Part shown: positions 28,719 through 39,800 of the stretch, piece by piece
How the letters are laid out: every line of letters begins with the position of its first letter
Position numbering within the stretch: position 1 is the first letter of the stretch
Source: a virus
Virus record (IMG/VR): IMGVR_UViG_3300025732_000020
Location: 71,408 to 135,407 of that record
DNA length: 64,000 nucleotides
Strand: one strand, 5' to 3'
Made by a program: the position numbers and the translations under genes
Notes under the pieces: generated by a model
The model's input: the letters and a program-made list of their open reading frames with translations, nothing else
The model's database searches: none
Told to the model about the DNA's origin: nothing

Positions 28719-31667
28719 TCAACAATCTGCCCTGCCTTCTTGACTTCTGCCTTGTTCATAATTGATTTGGTCTAGGATAGATGAGATTGTTTGTTGGGAA
28801 GACGGAGACAGGCCAGAATTGGGAAGATCAGAATATCTAGATGATAGTGAGTTACCCAAGAGCGAGTCAGGTTCTGGTGGTACTGGGGAATTTATCTTAG
28901 ATTCCAAAGAATCCTTAAGCACTTTATTCTTATCTCGCTTTGTTTTACACTTACCGAATGTAGGCGGAAGTTTTTTAGGTATTAGTCCTAAGACAAAGTC
29001 AGCAAGATCAACTAGATCTTTTGCTGGCTCTAGCTCTTTCCATTCACCGTGAGCAGTCTTTAAAAAGTTATTAGTTATAAATAAAGCTTCTTTTTTAGAT
29101 GCAGAGTTTAATTTAGCAATTTTTGTTATATTTTTAAATACGTTAGTAAGACTGTCTGTTGGAACAACTCCAACCTTGCCCCCTTTCTTTCTATGGTCAA
29201 GTCGCCTTACATAATTATAAGTATCTTTAATAGCTTTGGACGTCTCAATGATACTCAAAAGAGTCTGGGAGAAGAACGATGTGTTACCTACCATTAACTT
29301 GTTAATAAGTCGGTACTGAGCATCTATAAGTTTTCTTTCAATAGACTCTACCTTAGTTATATTATTATCAGTCTGCTTAAATCCTTTCTCAATCGCTTCA
29401 AAAGTATAGGTTAATTCAGACCATAACTCCGGCCAATCAGCATGTTTCGCTCCTTCAATCCTATCAGCCATCTCTGAGAGTCTTTTAACCCCAGTGATAA
29501 GTTGAGTTAAATCCCATTGGTTCCCTCCAGAGTTGCATAAATCTTCGCCTATTTTGGTGGGTATTAGGTCTAAAATATCAGATAGTGGATTATTGTTGTT
29601 ATTAGTAAGATCTCCTTTAGGAGCATATGAACTATGATTAGTTGATACAACGCTTCCACAAGGGTCTAGTAATTTATTACCATCTGAGTCCTCGCCATGT
29701 TTTGTTTTTCTACACTTAGGATCACATGGACACTCTGCTCCTTGACCTCCAAATAATCCCCCTAAACCAGGTATACCTCCCAAGACAGACGCCACTGGGT
29801 TAATGCCCGTCAGAGCAGAAAAAGCACTCAGTCCAATACCAGCTGGTCCTAAGAACGACGTGAATTGCCCTCCTAACCCAACTAACTGAAGTGCAGACGT
29901 AGCCAACTGAGGCACACCTTGCAATCCGCCAAGATTAGGAATACCGGAAAGATTTGCAAAATTAGATGCTAATTGAGCAATTTCACCAAAATCCCCATTA
30001 GAAAGTTTGCCAATAATGTCCCCAGAAACAAGATTAGAAATCCCGTCAATCCCTCCCATCGTAGAAATGATTTGATTAACCGAGTCCGGTAGGGATTGAT
30101 CTAAGGCACCTACAGCACTTCCAATGATATTTTTTATTGAGAGTGGTTGGCCATCAAGGATATCTTTTCCAATGTCCCATACTGGAGAGACAAATTGTGC
30201 TACTTCGGGAGGAAGTTGAGACATTCCGTACATTGTTGCAGCATCTATAGCACCCAATGCCCCTCCGGCCATATAAGCTGAGTACACCCCAGCTACCTGA
30301 GAAGGCAGGTCATTAAATGCTTGGTTGAAAGAAGTCTTACCAATTACCTGCAGAGCACTATCTAGAGAGTTATTTTTAATCCCTTGAGCGAGTATATCGC
30401 CCGCCCCGCCTGCTGCACGAAGGATCTTCTCTAGTTCACTATCAATCTCTCCACCTTTGCTGATTGCTGAAATTATCTTAGAAGTTACCGCCTCAATGGA
30501 TTGATTAGAATTACTGGCAATAACAATCTTCCCAAGATCCCCAAGCATATTAACCCCATTAAACTCTTTTGGTAGAGCTTTTGCGGCTATCATTGCTTTT
30601 TTAAGTGCTGGATCAGATGCCACTGGGGCAACTTGACTTCCTGCTTCTTTTAAAACTTTTTCTTTTGCATTACCAACTATATTCTGAGAAGAAGGTGATG
30701 CATTTTGCTTAAGAGCCTCTATTGGTTTTTTAGATGCTAAAAAATCTTTTCTCTTTGGCGGTGGGTCTTTAGGATAAAATTGAATTGGTTTTCTTGATCC
30801 AGAACTCACCCACTTCATCTGCTTTTGATATCTCACGCAGATGGCAAGTTCAGAATCCAATCCCGTATCAACAACCACTTCCATCCCATGGTTCTTTTCA
30901 GTGCAGTCTGGAAGTGTAGTACGAAATACAACCGGAGGAGATGATAGTGGCGCCCATGAAAAGTCTCCGTTTTCATCCCTTCGACAGGTTAACATTGTCG
31001 ATCTAAATTTTCTATCCTCAGTAAATTCCCTCACATCGCCCTCTAGTGCCTTGGAGCATTTTGGCATTCCAGATTGTTTAGAGAGGTTAGTAGTTACAGG
31101 CGATTCTACGACTCCAGGGTCAAAACCTTTCTCTACGATCTTTCCATTGGTAATAGATTTCCAAGAGTAGATGGGGTCTCCGCCTTCTTGGGTATTGTTA
31201 CGGCGAAGGCAAATAACTACATCTTGACTTACCTCATTCTCGAGTAGATAGATCCGCCCGGCGTTATCCTCATTGCACTTCATCCCTGGATCAGAAGAGG
31301 CATTACCTGCCTCCATCTGCTCACCGAGTATCGTGAGTTGGATCGGGGTACCTACCCCAGTACCACGTGGATCTTTGTTAAAAATCTGACTAACAAAAGC
31401 ATCATTGGTATTTCCACCCGCCTTAGAAATAAGACAAGGGGCCCCAATATATTGTGAACTTAATTGACCTTTATGGCTTCCTTGGACGTACATCCAATCT
31501 GAAGTCATACCTGCATAGAGTGCCTTTACTCTCCCTAACCGCTTAGGGTCGGAAACAGAAACAATAGTCCCTATTTCATTAAAGGGATCACCGAAAGGCC
31601 CTCCTATAGCTTCTAAACTACGCGTAGCGAGTTCTTTAAGTCCTTGAAATTCGTCAAAAAATCCCAT
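28719..31667 (-). CDS. Baseplate spike / gp5-VgrG-like protein with OB-fold N-terminus
   Basis: GTIVSVSDPKRLGRVKALY...SDW at the N-terminus; follows the gpJ- and gpI-like genes; long Gly-rich C-terminal region. Confidence 0.7.
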   Translation of the reverse strand: MGFFDEFQGLKELATRSLEAIGGPFGDPFNEIGTIVSVSDPKRLGRVKALYAGMTSDWMYVQGSHKGQLSSQYIGAPCLISKAGGNTNDAFVSQIFNKDPRGTGVGTPIQLTILGEQMEAGNASSDPGMKCNEDNAGRIYLLENEVSQDVVICLRRNNTQEGGDPIYSWKSITNGKIVEKGFDPGVVESPVTTNLSKQSGMPKCSKALEGDVREFTEDRKFRSTMLTCRRDENGDFSWAPLSSPPVVFRTTLPDCTEKNHGMEVVVDTGLDSELAICVRYQKQMKWVSSGSRKPIQFYPKDPPPKRKDFLASKKPIEALKQNASPSSQNIVGNAKEKVLKEAGSQVAPVASDPALKKAMIAAKALPKEFNGVNMLGDLGKIVIASNSNQSIEAVTSKIISAISKGGEIDSELEKILRAAGGAGDILAQGIKNNSLDSALQVIGKTSFNQAFNDLPSQVAGVYSAYMAGGALGAIDAATMYGMSQLPPEVAQFVSPVWDIGKDILDGQPLSIKNIIGSAVGALDQSLPDSVNQIISTMGGIDGISNLVSGDIIGKLSNGDFGEIAQLASNFANLSGIPNLGGLQGVPQLATSALQLVGLGGQFTSFLGPAGIGLSAFSALTGINPVASVLGGIPGLGGLFGGQGAECPCDPKCRKTKHGEDSDGNKLLDPCGSVVSTNHSSYAPKGDLTNNNNNPLSDILDLIPTKIGEDLCNSGGNQWDLTQLITGVKRLSEMADRIEGAKHADWPELWSELTYTFEAIEKGFKQTDNNITKVESIERKLIDAQYRLINKLMVGNTSFFSQTLLSIIETSKAIKDTYNYVRRLDHRKKGGKVGVVPTDSLTNVFKNITKIAKLNSASKKEALFITNNFLKTAHGEWKELEPAKDLVDLADFVLGLIPKKLPPTFGKCKTKRDKNKVLKDSLESKINSPVPPEPDSLLGNSLSSRYSDLPNSGLSPSSQQTISSILDQINYEQGRSQEGRADC

Positions 31668-31670
31668 CCA

Positions 31671-33824
31671 TCATTCCTCTATGATTATTTCCGGCTCAAA
31701 GAAACCATCACCTACTGCCCAAAGATCCGCTGATAAATAAGCATATTGAGTGCGTTTATTTAGATTATCAGGAAGCCAGTTTTTGGCAATGTAATTTACA
31801 CGGTCCCATGACTTCCCGCCTCTATTGTAATAATAAGGAACTCTAAAGAATACATTTCTACTATCCTCTTGAGTAGTTACTCTTGAAACTCCTGCCACTA
31901 TCTGATTAGTAAAGTTATTAATTCCCAAATCTGACTCTCCACCCACTTGGAGAATATCATGCTTATATGGCCAGAGAGGAGGAGCTTCCGTCTCAACATC
32001 TCTTAGACCATTTCTTGGATTTGTTATTAACACTTTATATTCTCCTTCAGAGTCGTTGGAGCCGTTTGCGATGCCTGATATCTCTACCTCTTGCGGTATA
32101 TGAGACTTTAAATCAAAAACAGAAGAAAGGAATGCAAAAGACAGTAAACTACCTTTCGCCTCCATTAGACCATTCCATTTACCATCGTAAACTTTTAAGT
32201 TATTTGTTGGAATGAGACTAAGTAATTTTGTATTAGTATCATAAACTTTTCCTTTGTAGTTATATCTATTAGGTGTAAAAGTTTGAGATATTGAATTATA
32301 CTCAATAGTATTAATTTCATTAAGACAGATTTTAAGACTATTATCTTCTGATGGTTCGGAAGTCCAAATAGAGTTTGTTGTAAAAGGAAATTGACTAAGT
32401 GCCTCGCCCTTAGGAGTTTTTACTTCCCCTACGCCAGGGACCGACACAGTTTTTTCTCTGTCAAACCAACCAAAAGCATTTTTAATAAGTGCTACTTTGA
32501 TTTTTCTTTCCCATCTTGTATCCCAAAGATCCCCTGTGAGTCCTACGTGCTGAGCAAGCCAATCAAGGACTAATGGCGAGCAGGTTTCTAGATCTAAGTA
32601 ATCTTGATAGAATGATGAAATCTGGTCTTTTTTCTTGGAGAGAAAATCATCGACTCCGCTAGTTAACCACTGAGATGGTGACTCCGAATCAGAAAATAAT
32701 GTATCCGAGCGATATGCTTCTGAGATACCAGGCAGTCTTGAGTATACTGGACGTGCAATAGATGTCTTTTGATAATCTAGTTGTCCTCTCTTTAATGAAC
32801 TATTTGTTACTTGAAGAATATTATTAAAAAGATCTTTTACTCTATCATAGACTACCGATATAAACTTGAAATTAGTATGAATTCTCGCTTCTCTATATAG
32901 CCATTCATCCTCGATAATATTGGAGCACTGCTCAAACCATAATTGAGGTAGTGATGAGAAAAGAGATAGTACCTGATCCTTGATTTCTACCCTTACTCCA
33001 TCCTCATGTAAAACGCCGGAGATGAATCCTTGGGTTTTTTGTGGATAAACTGATATAATAAAAGATGAAATAAATCTATCTTTTCTATTCTCTAGGCCTA
33101 TAAGATTTGTTTTGGGAGGATTGCTTACTACAGTTAGTCTTTCATCAATGACTTTTATCGCAGTATCAATAAAATCCTCTGAGAAATAATATTTTGGTGG
33201 AAGATATATCTTTGTATATTTAGATGCTGGGGACGTAATGTCGAGAGTTACTACCTCAGAATTATTGAATCCTGCCGCTTTGCCACGGAGTATAGTATTC
33301 AATGAGATTTCTTCGGTGCCATTTTTATAATAGATTACTGGAAGTCCAGAGTTGTAAGTATTGAAAGACTCATATTTCCACTTCTTGTTTCTAACATAAG
33401 AGAGTTTGCCAATAAGGCATTTTCCAGGATTACAAAGATCATCAGTCCCTTCTCCTTCCTTACAGGTAAGTCCATCTCTGGAGCAACTTTCCATGCCTAC
33501 GCGTCCGATCCCGCCAAGAGAATGGCCATGGGCATAGATCGGAAATCCACCGATATCGCCATCCTCAGATGTGACTTCAATATCAGAATACGTATGTCCT
33601 ATATTTTTATATATAAATCCATTCAGATCTAAGTTATCTTTCTGTACTTCAATAACCTGATCTCTGGGGGTATTTATGTCTCTTGATTCAAAGACAATCT
33701 TCCCAAGTTTATGAGCAAAGATTTTTTGCCTTTTAGTCCTATCAAACTCCAGGATAATATGACCTGAAGAAAGAGAAGGATTTCTTCTTTTCGACTTTAT
33801 ACTATCCCAAGTTGTTAGGTTCAT
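31671..33824 (-). CDS. Baseplate wedge protein, P2 gpI-like
   Basis: VYSRLPGISEAY and YLDLETCSPLVLDWLAQHVGL; ATGA overlap with the gpJ-like gene. Confidence 0.7.
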   Translation of the reverse strand: MNLTTWDSIKSKRRNPSLSSGHIILEFDRTKRQKIFAHKLGKIVFESRDINTPRDQVIEVQKDNLDLNGFIYKNIGHTYSDIEVTSEDGDIGGFPIYAHGHSLGGIGRVGMESCSRDGLTCKEGEGTDDLCNPGKCLIGKLSYVRNKKWKYESFNTYNSGLPVIYYKNGTEEISLNTILRGKAAGFNNSEVVTLDITSPASKYTKIYLPPKYYFSEDFIDTAIKVIDERLTVVSNPPKTNLIGLENRKDRFISSFIISVYPQKTQGFISGVLHEDGVRVEIKDQVLSLFSSLPQLWFEQCSNIIEDEWLYREARIHTNFKFISVVYDRVKDLFNNILQVTNSSLKRGQLDYQKTSIARPVYSRLPGISEAYRSDTLFSDSESPSQWLTSGVDDFLSKKKDQISSFYQDYLDLETCSPLVLDWLAQHVGLTGDLWDTRWERKIKVALIKNAFGWFDREKTVSVPGVGEVKTPKGEALSQFPFTTNSIWTSEPSEDNSLKICLNEINTIEYNSISQTFTPNRYNYKGKVYDTNTKLLSLIPTNNLKVYDGKWNGLMEAKGSLLSFAFLSSVFDLKSHIPQEVEISGIANGSNDSEGEYKVLITNPRNGLRDVETEAPPLWPYKHDILQVGGESDLGINNFTNQIVAGVSRVTTQEDSRNVFFRVPYYYNRGGKSWDRVNYIAKNWLPDNLNKRTQYAYLSADLWAVGDGFFEPEIIIEE

Positions 33825-35110
33825 AGCAAGTATAGATCAGTATAAGTATAGGTTAAGGGGCTAAAATCGTTTATTGAAGTAAAAGTAACTTGGGCGTTAT
33901 ATAATTTATAAGAAACAATCCCAGAAGGAGCAGAGAAAATCTGATTATCTGAGTTGATAACATCGATGTAATTATAATTACACTTACTCAGTACCTCATC
34001 CTCCTCTCCACTAAACCCTGCGCAAAGTCCCTCTAGATTTGCGCTATCCTTGATCATGAGTTTCATATCCAAGGTATTAACAGATTTTACGTATGAGTAC
34101 TCATATATCTTCCTTAGTAAATCTTGGTAGGAAAGGTTTGATCCAAGTGGTAGGTTAATTGGATTAATATACTCTTGCATTATCCCGAGGATCTGACTTG
34201 CTCTTAAGTCTATATTTCCGGCGATCTCGGCGGGGTCATAATATACTTCAATAACTAAGTCTATTGGAACTATTTCTGGGGTAATGATTGAAACATTAGT
34301 ACCCAATGTAACTCTATTTCTAATAGATTCAATTACATATTGCAATGTTGTATCAGAAAGCGGGTTACCATTCTCATCCCCCATGCAGATAACTATGTTC
34401 CCAGAAAGTACTGAAGATAACTGGTATCTTTCCTCATAGGTTAATACTTTTACCAACGAGGCTTCTGGGGCAAGAATAGTAACCTCATTTTTAAAGTCAG
34501 TCGCAGTAGTTAAATTTCTTCTGCTCAATACCTCAAAAGCTCTTTGCTTCATCGAATTAATGGACTCAAGATCTTTTCCGCCTGCCGCGGAATCATTATT
34601 TCTTAAGGACTCAAGTCCGACAAAAGCACGTTCGATTTTATTAATTTCACCTTCACCAACATTATATATCGATCCCCATTTACTTGAGCGGCAAATAATA
34701 GTTTTTGAATCTTCTGATTCTAGAATTCTTACTTCTTTTAAGAGTTCATATTCAAGGCCACTATTTGAATAAACTTTTGTTCCTTGCGGGATGATAACTA
34801 CTTTACTATACCCAGGTACTTTGTAAAATGTTATATCCACTAGAGCCTTAGCCCCGATTCTTCTTTGAATACCGAGTTGTCTTAACCACTGCAGACTAAA
34901 AGCCTCTGGAAGATTGTTCAGATAATAAAGTAGCTCTGATTGAGCAAATGCCTGACCCTCACTAATCGCTGCAAGAGGAGAAGCTGGAGTAAAATCATTT
35001 AACTCCCCACCCGACTCCAAACTGATCCTCGTCTGAATAGCACGGACTAAAGCCGCTGTATTACGACTATCTAACTGTAATGGGAGAATTGGTCCGTAAA
35101 TGTTTGACAT
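33821..35110 (-). CDS. Baseplate J-like wedge protein
   Basis: LNDFTPASPLAAISEG, IIPQGT, AAGGKDLES...LSRRNLTTATDF. Confidence 0.85.
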   Translation of the reverse strand: MSNIYGPILPLQLDSRNTAALVRAIQTRISLESGGELNDFTPASPLAAISEGQAFAQSELLYYLNNLPEAFSLQWLRQLGIQRRIGAKALVDITFYKVPGYSKVVIIPQGTKVYSNSGLEYELLKEVRILESEDSKTIICRSSKWGSIYNVGEGEINKIERAFVGLESLRNNDSAAGGKDLESINSMKQRAFEVLSRRNLTTATDFKNEVTILAPEASLVKVLTYEERYQLSSVLSGNIVICMGDENGNPLSDTTLQYVIESIRNRVTLGTNVSIITPEIVPIDLVIEVYYDPAEIAGNIDLRASQILGIMQEYINPINLPLGSNLSYQDLLRKIYEYSYVKSVNTLDMKLMIKDSANLEGLCAGFSGEEDEVLSKCNYNYIDVINSDNQIFSAPSGIVSYKLYNAQVTFTSINDFSPLTYTYTDLYLL

Positions 35111-36168
35111 TAGAATGTATTGGAGAATTTGCGAGAAGACATAGGAACTCCATCTTCCTTATCTGCATTAAGGATCTTGGGTAAAGACCCGGTATCAAAG
35201 TAGTCCCCATTTGACATAGTAGCAGGATCGTATGTCAATAGGTTATTAATTCTGGGGCCAATGAGACTGATTTCGTAAATATCTCTGTCCGCTTTGTTCA
35301 GACCTGGAATATTACCAAGTTGTCCCAAGACAGACGCCGCGTTCCATACGTCAGAATCAGTAAGTACTGAAGATATTGCTGATGGTATATCTCTTAATGA
35401 CTCCGCTCCTGAAGGGTTAAATATAGTCTCAAGAGAAATCCCCGAAGGATAACCAACATACCCGTCAAAAATAGAGTCTTTGAACGAAGCAGGGACCGAT
35501 GATGCCCCTTCAAATCCTGGATAAGCAATATCGGAGTAGTAACTCTGTGGGGTTAGATAACCTGACGTAAAAGAAATCCCTTTGAAATCTTTATCAAGAT
35601 CAGTGGTTTCAAGTAAAGGTACAGTAGTATTTTTAGGCGGTACACTTACTTTAGTATGTGGATTATTCCCTGCTACTGAGGCGATAAAATTAATATCTTG
35701 TCCAAAGACAGGATCTAAGGTTATATCAGAGATGATTTTTTTCGCTAAAGAATTAATATCTCCATAACCTGGGAAAGAATACTCCAAGGAGTTTACCAAG
35801 TAATCCTTCATACCATTACCATATTCAGATAAAGAATCCATTTCTGAATATAGGTCTTTAGGCAAAGAAGATCTAACTTTATTTTCCCATCCTGCCCCTA
35901 GTTTCTCATCGACATAATCAGCAAAAAGTTCATTATCGTCGTACTCTTGTAAAAGAGTATCAATCATTACGTCGATAAAGTACTCCTCAGAACCTAAAAA
36001 GTTTTGGAAAAAATCCGATGGAAGTTGGGGATCGAAAACCTGAGTAGGAGAGTTTGCTATGATCTGATTTTGAACTTCTCTGAATGAATCTACACTGCCG
36101 TAGGCAACTGAGGCTAACCCACTCAGTGTGCTAAATTCATCAGTAATATACCCTACTTTCAAGGTCAA
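35110..36168 (-). CDS. Baseplate protein with LysM / gpX-like N-terminus
   Basis: STLSGLASVAYGSVDSFREV resembles the LysM/gpX pattern (TLxxIAxxYG); located directly upstream of gpJ. Confidence 0.5.
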   Translation of the reverse strand: MTLKVGYITDEFSTLSGLASVAYGSVDSFREVQNQIIANSPTQVFDPQLPSDFFQNFLGSEEYFIDVMIDTLLQEYDDNELFADYVDEKLGAGWENKVRSSLPKDLYSEMDSLSEYGNGMKDYLVNSLEYSFPGYGDINSLAKKIISDITLDPVFGQDINFIASVAGNNPHTKVSVPPKNTTVPLLETTDLDKDFKGISFTSGYLTPQSYYSDIAYPGFEGASSVPASFKDSIFDGYVGYPSGISLETIFNPSGAESLRDIPSAISSVLTDSDVWNAASVLGQLGNIPGLNKADRDIYEISLIGPRINNLLTYDPATMSNGDYFDTGSLPKILNADKEDGVPMSSRKFSNTF

Positions 36169-36239
36169 AACTCTTTGCTCTATTAGAATTTAAACGATAG
36201 TAAGTAGGTTAAAGATTATCAGACAAACCTGTATTGTTG

Positions 36240-36791
36240 ATGGCTGAAGCAACGTTCCAACAACTAACTACTCTCCTTCCAGGAGAAGAACCATTTATCG
36301 GTGACCTTGAAGAAGGCGAAGTATGTATCAATGTTGCTGACGGTAGGATGTGGGCAGGAGACTCTATTAGTACTCCTGTTGAGTTGGGCGGGGCGGTTAA
36401 AAACCATCCTATTGGTCAACTTTTAACTTCAAATTATTTGGAGGTTGATGTATCATCCCCAGATAATTTACCCATCGCAAATACAAATCCGTTGGACATC
36501 CCCGCTGGGTATTACAGAGAGCAAAGAATACTACTCAGATTCCCAGAAGTTCCATTAGATGACTTCTCTACTTATTTTGACTATCCAGTTGATTGGGGCA
36601 GTGAGGTTAGTTGGAAAACTTATTCCTCAGCATTTACCTGGGGAGGAGGAGATGAGATCTTAAATCCAATGGCTAATAATCCTGTTGATTTTTACAAAGC
36701 CCAAGGAAGAATAATCTTGGTAGAACTGAGTTCTTTCGGTCCAAACTCTTATTGGATGGGAAGAGTTCTCTGGGTTAACTCTAATTCTTAA
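36240..36791 (+). CDS. Small tail-fibre-associated protein
   Basis: PFIGDLEEGEVCINVADGRMWAGD resembles N-terminal motifs of phage fibre/tropism proteins; GGTTAAAG at 36207-36214; ATG at 36240. Confidence 0.5.
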   Translation: MAEATFQQLTTLLPGEEPFIGDLEEGEVCINVADGRMWAGDSISTPVELGGAVKNHPIGQLLTSNYLEVDVSSPDNLPIANTNPLDIPAGYYREQRILLRFPEVPLDDFSTYFDYPVDWGSEVSWKTYSSAFTWGGGDEILNPMANNPVDFYKAQGRIILVELSSFGPNSYWMGRVLWVNSNS

Positions 36792-36806
36792 TTTATACCC
36801 TCGATC

Positions 36807-39800
36807 ATGCTAGATAAAATTCAGTTCCAGAATGGAACGATCGTAACTAAAGAATACCTCAATGAAACCCAGAAGGGCACGAGCTTTTCTGCTGAAACTT
36901 CCCGTTCAAATTTTTATTCCGAGCCGACCAATTCCGAGCATGCTGAATGGGCAATTGGTCAAAGGGACTCACTTAAGGATTGGGAAGTAGCCGATCCTAG
37001 AGAAGATAATGAAACTGCCATCGGCCGTCTTGCTCATGATGGTATTGTCTTAAAGTCTTACGATCCTGTTACTGGTGCTAAGGTATGGGGTCCTCCAACC
37101 TTGATAGAGACCTCTGTGGGCAGTGGAGTCTACGGAGTCTGGGTCGAGGCCGGTAGTATTGTTTTATCGGATGGCCTTCCTATCTCTTGGAGCGTACAAT
37201 TTGTACAATTAGTAAGTGGGCTAACTACTAACTACCTGTATATTTCAGAAGAAGAGGCAAGAAAAAATATTGAAGATGGAGAATCAGTAAAAATCTCTAT
37301 CGGCTCAAACTTGCCGTCAGTTTCTAATCCCCATATTCCCCTAGCAAAATTAGTCTTAAACGCAGATGGAACTTCGTTAGCCACTAATGAAGATGGAGAC
37401 TATGTGGGGGCTGGATACACCGACCTTCGCCCTTCTCTTTACATCGGTAATCTAAATACATATCCTAAGATTCTTAGAAATACTGAGATTAAAGAAGACT
37501 CATACATTGCAAAGAGTTGGGAAAGAGTTATTGCTGATACCTCCAACGGTTCGTTGATTGTCTCCCTACCATCTTCCCCTACAGATTCCGACCGCATTGC
37601 TATCGTTGATATCTCTGGTACGTTTGATAGGTACCCAGTAGTAATTCGCCCTGGAGATGGGACGAAGATCAATGGTTCTATTGATGATTGGATCGTAAAT
37701 ATTAGAGACTCACACCTAGAACTCTTCTATCATGACGCAACATCGGAGTGGAAGTTTGAGGAGACCCCCGGTGGTGATTGTAACCCCGTCCTTGGAACAT
37801 TCTTGAGTTGTGGTGGTAAAGAATTTATCGGTCAAAGACTAGCCACTGAATGCCCAGATGGTCAAGTAGTTCCTGTAACTTTCCCGAATACGCCCGATGG
37901 TATATATCGTTATGAGGCATCTACTCAAAAATGCTATAAAGAGTACTATGAAAAAGTAGCTATTTATGCAAATGGGGAAGGTGGACTCATCCCAATTAAT
38001 GATGCTCCTAGGTGTTTAAAAGATACCTCTGGAGTGGTTACTGCAGCTACAGTAAAAAATATCATTTATGTAGATCCGGCTACAGGTGAAGATTCCCTTT
38101 CAAATAATGGGTTTGATTCAAATAAACCGTTTAGATCTATCGAAAGAGCACTTATCGAAGCCGTAAGAGAAAGTCGTAGAGCTGGTCAATATAACGATCG
38201 TTATGACCGCGTGATGATCGAGTTAGCTCCAGGTGATTATTACGTTGATAACTCACCTGGTACTAGCAGCGTTCCAGCACTCTCCACTGGAAGTAACTAC
38301 GTCCAGAGAGTGGACACAGGATTTGAAGTATTACAATCTTCAAAAGAAGATCGAGCGTTAAAAATTCAAATCGATTCACTGAACGCCACTAGTACTCAGC
38401 CACCAAATGCTATTAACTTAGGAAGAATTATTTATTCTGAGAGTGGCGGTGTTGGAAACATCGTAAAAATAGAAAAAACTGACTTTAATTCTTCTATCTG
38501 GAGTATTACTCTGGAATATGTTAGTGGTTCTTTCTTGGTTAATGATAAGATTTATTATGATAATCTTTCAATTATCAACCCATCGAGTGGCGGTTTAATC
38601 GTACCTAGAGGTATTTCCATTGACGGAGTCGATCTACGTAAAGTTCGGGTTAGACCCATGTATGTGCCCGAACTTACTCCAACTACTACTGAGCCTCAAA
38701 GAAAGAAAACTGCTATATTTAAAGTAACTGGCGGTACATACATCTCCCTACTCACATTTACTGATAACCCTCAGTATGCTCGTTCTCATAACACTGTAGT
38801 TTCAGTAACTTTTGCGTCTGAGGCCGAAATTAAAGGGTCAGGTGATGAAGTATCTTACTATACGAAATTAAATTCTCTATTTAATACTCTAGATGGCTGG
38901 GGAGGTCAAGGACTTGAAGCTCTTAATGCTGAGACTACTATCGTTGCTCCAATACCTCAAAGCAAAAATCTTAGACAAACTGACGAAGAAGAAAACCAAA
39001 CAGGACTACCTTTCTCTGACTCTAGAGATAATTCTCCAGTTTCCTACCCTGGTCCAACTAAACTATATAGAGATGATTCTTCCTCTTCAAGACCATTTGA
39101 CTTACCAGATATTAACTCCACCAGATCTTCATCTCCTTACGTATTCAACTGTTCTGTAAGATCTATCTTTGGACTTAGCGGAATGTGGGCTGATGGGGCC
39201 CTAGTTTCCGGCTTCAAGTCGATGGTAACTGCCAACTTTACTCAAGTTTCATTACAAACAGATCCTAATTGCTACAATGAGGAGGCATATTACCTAGATC
39301 CTCCTACAAACAAACAAACTGGTTCTGGTAAAACTTATAGAGTAAGCCCCAATGATACTTTTAAATATCGCCACTGGGGATTCAGAGGAAGTAATGATGC
39401 TACTATCCAAATAGTATCTTGCTTTGTAATCGGTAATGCTGATCACTTTATTGCAGATAGTGGAGCTGACCTTTCAATTACAAACTCCTGCTCAGACTTT
39501 GGTGATGTTTCTTTAAGAGGTATCGGATATAAGGATAAATCCTTTAGCCAAGATGAAGGTGTCTCTGGGGTAGGTGATTATAGAGGGACCAGACTATTAG
39601 AAATTATCCCCCCTCTACCATTAAAGTATGCCTGTAAGAAGGACCAAGAGACAGACCCGGTATTAAATAATTGTTTCGCTGACCGTCCTGCTACTATAGT
39701 TGATACGGAAATTAACACCGGATTAATTATTAATTATGGTAGAACTAAGAAATGGGTCGAAGAAAATGCAGTAGGGTTTAAAGCACCGGCAGAAATTAGA

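Noticed and set aside
28719-36168. Bacterial extracellular contractile injection system or tailocin locus
   Set aside because: Terminase, RNR, primase/helicase and a sigma factor in the same window indicate a replicating phage
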